A DNA stretch of 64,000 nt from Waterburya sp. (lineage in GTDB: Bacteria > Cyanobacteriota > Cyanobacteriia > Cyanobacteriales > Xenococcaceae): positions 1,216,001 through 1,280,000 of the forward strand of contig CBDCJV010000002.1 of NCBI GenBank assembly GCA_965217895.1, in the 5' to 3' direction. Of this stretch, positions 59,575 to 64,000 are shown piece after piece. Position 1 is the stretch's first letter. Every line of letters starts with the position of its first letter. Below the pieces are notes generated by a model that did not search any database, was not told the DNA's origin, and worked only from the letters and a program-made list of their open reading frames with translations. The position numbers and the translations under genes were made by a program.

Positions 59575-61035
59575 CTAAACTTGATTCCCAATTGGTAGAG
59601 AAACGGTGAACTTGGTTTTTCCAGGAAGTGTAGCTTTGTCTGATAAAACATTTACTGTGATACTACCTTCATGATGTTCAATGATTTGTTTGGCAATTGT
59701 TAATCCTAAGCCGGTGTTGTCACCAGAAGATTTGGTAGTGAAAAAAGGATCGCACATTTTTTGCACTACTTCTGGCTCTATGCCTTCTCCTGTATCGATG
59801 ATATCCACCGTAAGATTGTCTTGTTGCTGGTAGAGATTAATAGTTAATATCCCCTGTGAACCTATAGCGTCCAGGGCATTTTGAATTAGATGAAACCAAA
59901 GCTTTTGTAATTCTTCTGGGTAGCAATAGACAGCAGGAACATTGCCGTAATTCCTCATGATTTGAATACCTTTAGGCATCTGTTTTGCAAGCAAGCTTAA
60001 AGCAATTTCGATCGTGTTTTTAAGATGAGCCTGGCGTTTTTGAATATTGTTTTTTTGACTATTGGCATAGTTATCAAGAGCTTCGATAATCTTGGTGAAT
60101 TTATCAGTTGAATCAGCAATGTGTTCTACACTTTCATGCAAATTATTAATTAGGTAAGCATTTTCTAAAATTGCTAAATAGTCTTTGCCTGTTAATAGGG
60201 GTAAAAACTCTTCTATTTCTTCATCAGAACCCAAGTTAAAGAGAATATTGGCAGTTTTTTCGGCTGCTGCGATTTTAAATTTTTCCAGTTTGGCAATAAT
60301 TTTAGCTTTTAGCTCTTGTTTTTCTGCCGTTGACAACAACAAGTTAACGTTTCTACTTCTAGCTTGTTTTAATAATGCTATGAAATATTTTTGTTGCTCA
60401 GGTGAGAGCTGCTGCAAGAAAATAGGCAAATCTTTTAGGCTAGATTCTTTAAATTGATTTAACTCTGCTAAAGAGCTTTTAATTTCTGACAGAGGATTAT
60501 TAACCTGTTGGCTAATACCCGCAGTTATTTTTTCTAAGGTCAAATATTTATTTGATTTAATTATTTGCTTTTGGTTTTTTTTAAGCTGATTTACTGCTCT
60601 ACTTAGCTGCTCATTTCTAGCTTGTAACTGATGTTTTAGATTGACTAAAGAAAGCTGATTTTTGACTCTAATTAAAACCTCGTGCATCTGGAATGGTTTT
60701 TGAATATAGTCAGCACCACCGATGGCAAAAGCTTTGACTTTATCTACCGATTCATTAATAGCACTGATAAAGATTACGGGAATATGTTTAGTTCTAGGAT
60801 TACTTTTTAACTGTTTACATACCTGATAACCATCTAAATCTGGCATCATAATATCTAATAATATTAAGTCTGGAGGATTTATTTCTGCTGCTGAAAGTGC
60901 AAGTTTGCCATTAGGAACAGGTCTAACCTTATATTCATATTTAGTTAAAATATCTACTAACAAATGCAGATTTTGGGGAGTATCATCCACCACCAAAATA
61001 TTATTTAATTCCTGTGCCACCATTAAACTTCTCAT
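59575..61035 (-). CDS. REC + histidine-kinase-like protein lacking the H-box histidine
   Basis: REC (VVDD, LLDIMMP, QKPF); AGISQQVNNPL at the H-box; NALDA, DTGEGI, FFTTK, GLGL. Confidence 0.85.
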   Translation of the reverse strand: MRSLMVAQELNNILVVDDTPQNLHLLVDILTKYEYKVRPVPNGKLALSAAEINPPDLILLDIMMPDLDGYQVCKQLKSNPRTKHIPVIFISAINESVDKVKAFAIGGADYIQKPFQMHEVLIRVKNQLSLVNLKHQLQARNEQLSRAVNQLKKNQKQIIKSNKYLTLEKITAGISQQVNNPLSEIKSSLAELNQFKESSLKDLPIFLQQLSPEQQKYFIALLKQARSRNVNLLLSTAEKQELKAKIIAKLEKFKIAAAEKTANILFNLGSDEEIEEFLPLLTGKDYLAILENAYLINNLHESVEHIADSTDKFTKIIEALDNYANSQKNNIQKRQAHLKNTIEIALSLLAKQMPKGIQIMRNYGNVPAVYCYPEELQKLWFHLIQNALDAIGSQGILTINLYQQQDNLTVDIIDTGEGIEPEVVQKMCDPFFTTKSSGDNTGLGLTIAKQIIEHHEGSITVNVLSDKATLPGKTKFTVSLPIGNQV

Positions 61036-61057
61036 TACTTTCTTCCCTTTTATAAAA

Positions 61058-63907
61058 CTAGTTTTGGAGTAATAAATTTAAAATATGTTCGTATTCAAAA
61101 TTGTCAATATGTTGATTTATTGTCTGTGCTAGCAACTGATTTTCATAAGCAATTTTCTCAATAGTTTGATTGATTTTTTCTAAATCTATTGCCATGATTG
61201 ATTGCTGAAGCTCTAAAATCAATTCAGCCGATAAAGTATCAAAAGAATCTGAATTAAGTTGCGATAAGCCTAGCGGCATTGCTTCGCTATGCAATTCTTT
61301 TGTTGTCATACTATCTGTCTCCGCATAGGTATAACACACACCTAAATGCTTCGTCATCATTGCCAAAAGTTCCTCGGCTTGAAATGGCTTGCGCATAAAG
61401 TCATCACAGCCCGTATCCATAATCACTGCTTTTTCTGACTGCATTGCACTAGCAGTAAGGGCAATAATTTTGGTTTTAGACAACTTGTCTGTCTTGATCC
61501 TGCGTACAGCTTCATAACCATTCATGTTAGGCATCCTAATATCCATAAAGATTAAGTCTGGCTGCCATTCTTGCGCCCAAGCGATCGCTTGTTCTCCGTC
61601 CGCTGCTTTTTTGACAGCAAAACCCAAAGGCTTAATTAACTCTACTAGCAACTCACGATTATCAGATTTATCATCCACTACTAAGATGCGGTATTGAGGT
61701 TGATTTGCCTCTAAACCAATAACTTTTCTTTGAGGCTGTTTGGCGGGTATTTGTTCTGAGGTGCTTATCTGCACTAACACCTCAAATTTAAAGACGCTGC
61801 ATACATTTTCTATTGAGCGAACCTGAATCTCTCCTCCTAAAAGCTGAACAAATTTACGGCTAATAGCTAAACCTAATCCCGTTCCTTCCTTAGCTTCTCT
61901 TCCAGACTGAGTTTGAACAAACGGTTCAAATAATGAATCAATTTCTGTTGCTGCAATACCCTTACCCGTATCTTCTACGGTAAAAACAAGCTTGATATCT
62001 GTATTGGGTTCAAGCTGATTAGCATTATCCGTAATCGGCATAACTCTCAGCACCACGCTACCTTGGCTGGTAAACTTGAGCGCGTTATTGAGTAAATTAA
62101 TCAGAATCTGGCGTAATTTGCCTTGATCTGTCTTAATGTATGGCGGTGTCTGTTCAGCAACTTCAAAATTAAGCTGTAAACCCTTATTGCGAGCTTTGAG
62201 AGCAAACATTTGCTTTAAATCGTTCAAAAACTCGTAGAGATCGAAGTTAGTTTGTTCGAGGGTGAAACGTTCTGCCTCTATTTTAGATAAATCTAAAACA
62301 TTGTTAATCAGTCCTAATAAATGCTCTCCACTACGGCTAATAATTTCTAAATGCTTTTGTTCTGCTTTGGGTAAAGCCTGATTGCGATTTATAAGTTGAG
62401 CAAAGCCCAAGATGGCATTCAAGGGTGTTCTGAGTTCATGACTCATGTTGGCTATGAAGGCACTTTTAGCTTGATTAGCTACTTCCGCTTTTTCTTTGGC
62501 AGTAGATAACTCGGCGGTGCGTTGTTCGACTTTCTGTTCTAAATCGGCATTGAATTGTTTTAACTCTAAGGTTGAGGCTTCTAAACTATCAATTACGTGA
62601 TTGTAATGCTTCGCTACGTGACCAATTTCGGTAAAGGGTTCTACAGGGACTCGTAAACTCAAATCTTGGTTAGCCGCTTGCAAATTCATCACCTGCAACA
62701 TTTGGTAAACAGTGCTTTGGGCATAGTGTTCTGAGATATTTAGTCCTCTCTCCTCGTCTATAGCTGAGACTCGTAAGGGTGTAAAGCGATTAATAATCTT
62801 TAATAAAATCCAAGTTATGGCAAATGCCCAAACACCACATATTGCTATACCCAGCAGCTGAATCAAAAGTTGATTTAAGCGATCGCCCGCAGGTAAAAGT
62901 TCTAAGTTGCCAAATAAAGCAACAGAGAGAGTTCCCCAAATACCTCCACCTAAATGAACGGGAATTCTATCGATCGCATCATCTATTTGCCAGTACTGTA
63001 GTAGATAACTACACCAAATACAGATAATTCCGCCAATAAAGCCAATAATAATGGCGATTTGGGGGTTAACTATATTGCAAGCAGCAGAAATTGACACTAA
63101 ACCCGCTAGAGAACCATTAATTAAAAATTCGACTTTAATGGTTTTTAATCTTTGCCAACTAATAAATCCCGCACCAAACATTCCTGATGCACTAGCTAGC
63201 ATCGTATTGAGAATGATTAAAGCAACTTTGCTAGTTAAAGCCAGAACGCTACCACCATTGAAACCCAGCCATCCTAGCCAAATCAACATCGCTCCTAAAA
63301 CAGAAAAAGGTAGATTTGAACCATGAATTTGAACCGCTTTACCTGATGATGTAAAACGCCCTGTTCTTGCACCGATAATTAAAACCACTGCCAGAGAAAC
63401 CCAACCACCTACGCTGTGAACCACCGTTGAACCTGCAAAGTCAACAAAACCTATCCGTGCTAAAAAACCAGTTACATTATCTGTATGCAGACCATTCCAC
63501 GCCCAGTGACAAAAAATAGGATAGATTAACCCTGAAACCAGAACGGTAATAATTACATAGGCTCTAAATCTTAAACGTTCTGCGGTAGCACCAGCAACAA
63601 TAGTAGCGCAGGTGCTACAAAACATCATCTGGAAAATAAAATAGACAATCTCTCTAGCAGAGAAAGATTCTGGGTTAAAAAAGAAATTATTTGTACCAAT
63701 TAACCCCATGGCTGAAATGCCAAATGCCAAGGCATAACCAAATGCCCAGAAAAGTATAATGGAGATGCCTAAATCGATCAGATTTTTGATGGCTACGTTG
63801 ATACTATTTTTGGTTCTGGTAAGCCCAGACTCTAAGCACATATAGCCTGGCTGCATTAGTAAAACCAGAAACGTGCAAAATAGCAACCATAAGTAGTTAG
63901 AATTCAT
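61058..63907 (-). CDS. Ammonium transporter - histidine kinase - receiver fusion
   Basis: Amt motifs ([30 protein letters not shown]), [31 protein letters not shown] (VVDD, FMDIRMP, RKPF). Confidence 0.93.
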   Translation of the reverse strand: MNSNYLWLLFCTFLVLLMQPGYMCLESGLTRTKNSINVAIKNLIDLGISIILFWAFGYALAFGISAMGLIGTNNFFFNPESFSAREIVYFIFQMMFCSTCATIVAGATAERLRFRAYVIITVLVSGLIYPIFCHWAWNGLHTDNVTGFLARIGFVDFAGSTVVHSVGGWVSLAVVLIIGARTGRFTSSGKAVQIHGSNLPFSVLGAMLIWLGWLGFNGGSVLALTSKVALIILNTMLASASGMFGAGFISWQRLKTIKVEFLINGSLAGLVSISAACNIVNPQIAIIIGFIGGIICIWCSYLLQYWQIDDAIDRIPVHLGGGIWGTLSVALFGNLELLPAGDRLNQLLIQLLGIAICGVWAFAITWILLKIINRFTPLRVSAIDEERGLNISEHYAQSTVYQMLQVMNLQAANQDLSLRVPVEPFTEIGHVAKHYNHVIDSLEASTLELKQFNADLEQKVEQRTAELSTAKEKAEVANQAKSAFIANMSHELRTPLNAILGFAQLINRNQALPKAEQKHLEIISRSGEHLLGLINNVLDLSKIEAERFTLEQTNFDLYEFLNDLKQMFALKARNKGLQLNFEVAEQTPPYIKTDQGKLRQILINLLNNALKFTSQGSVVLRVMPITDNANQLEPNTDIKLVFTVEDTGKGIAATEIDSLFEPFVQTQSGREAKEGTGLGLAISRKFVQLLGGEIQVRSIENVCSVFKFEVLVQISTSEQIPAKQPQRKVIGLEANQPQYRILVVDDKSDNRELLVELIKPLGFAVKKAADGEQAIAWAQEWQPDLIFMDIRMPNMNGYEAVRRIKTDKLSKTKIIALTASAMQSEKAVIMDTGCDDFMRKPFQAEELLAMMTKHLGVCYTYAETDSMTTKELHSEAMPLGLSQLNSDSFDTLSAELILELQQSIMAIDLEKINQTIEKIAYENQLLAQTINQHIDNFEYEHILNLLLQN

Positions 63908-64000
63908 GGGTATTTAAAGCTAGTAGGGATGATAATATTAATCCTCGATTCAATTATTCCCTCTTTTTTGGGAATTGGCACTAGTGTCGCTGCGCTTAAG

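Noticed and set aside
63908..64000. NtcA box upstream of the Amt-kinase
   Set aside because: No GTA-N8-TAC in the 93 bp visible; the promoter may lie outside the window.

Overview
AT-rich chromosomal window from a cyanobacterium: HIP1 octamer GCGATCGC throughout, petG, cytM, pmgA, Yfr1 sRNA, and heptamer and REP-like repeats. Most of it is housekeeping: trpS, metF, mfd, nadA, trmL, gshA, coaD, recQ, thrS, trxA and the rplS-tRNA(Trp)-secE-nusG-rplKAJL cluster. It also holds signalling genes: two GGDEF-EAL proteins, a GAF adenylate cyclase, and an Amt-histidine kinase-receiver fusion followed by a His-less REC-kinase. Three small accessory islets stand out. (1) 8050-9051: a truncated ORF, an attC-like site and a BrnT-type TA pair. 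(2) 15.7-18.8 kb: DUF29, a stand-alone AbiK-like reverse transcriptase with an FKDD motif, a long hairpin element and a broken Phd/RelE pair, bounded by a synonymously diverged duplicate of a segment near the mfd 3' end. (3) 19.9-22.0 kb: a HsdR_N-type nuclease-ParA fusion coupled to a ParB-like/HhH protein. No CRISPR array, rRNA, integrase or transposase was seen. All family assignments come from motif recognition by eye; no searches were run.
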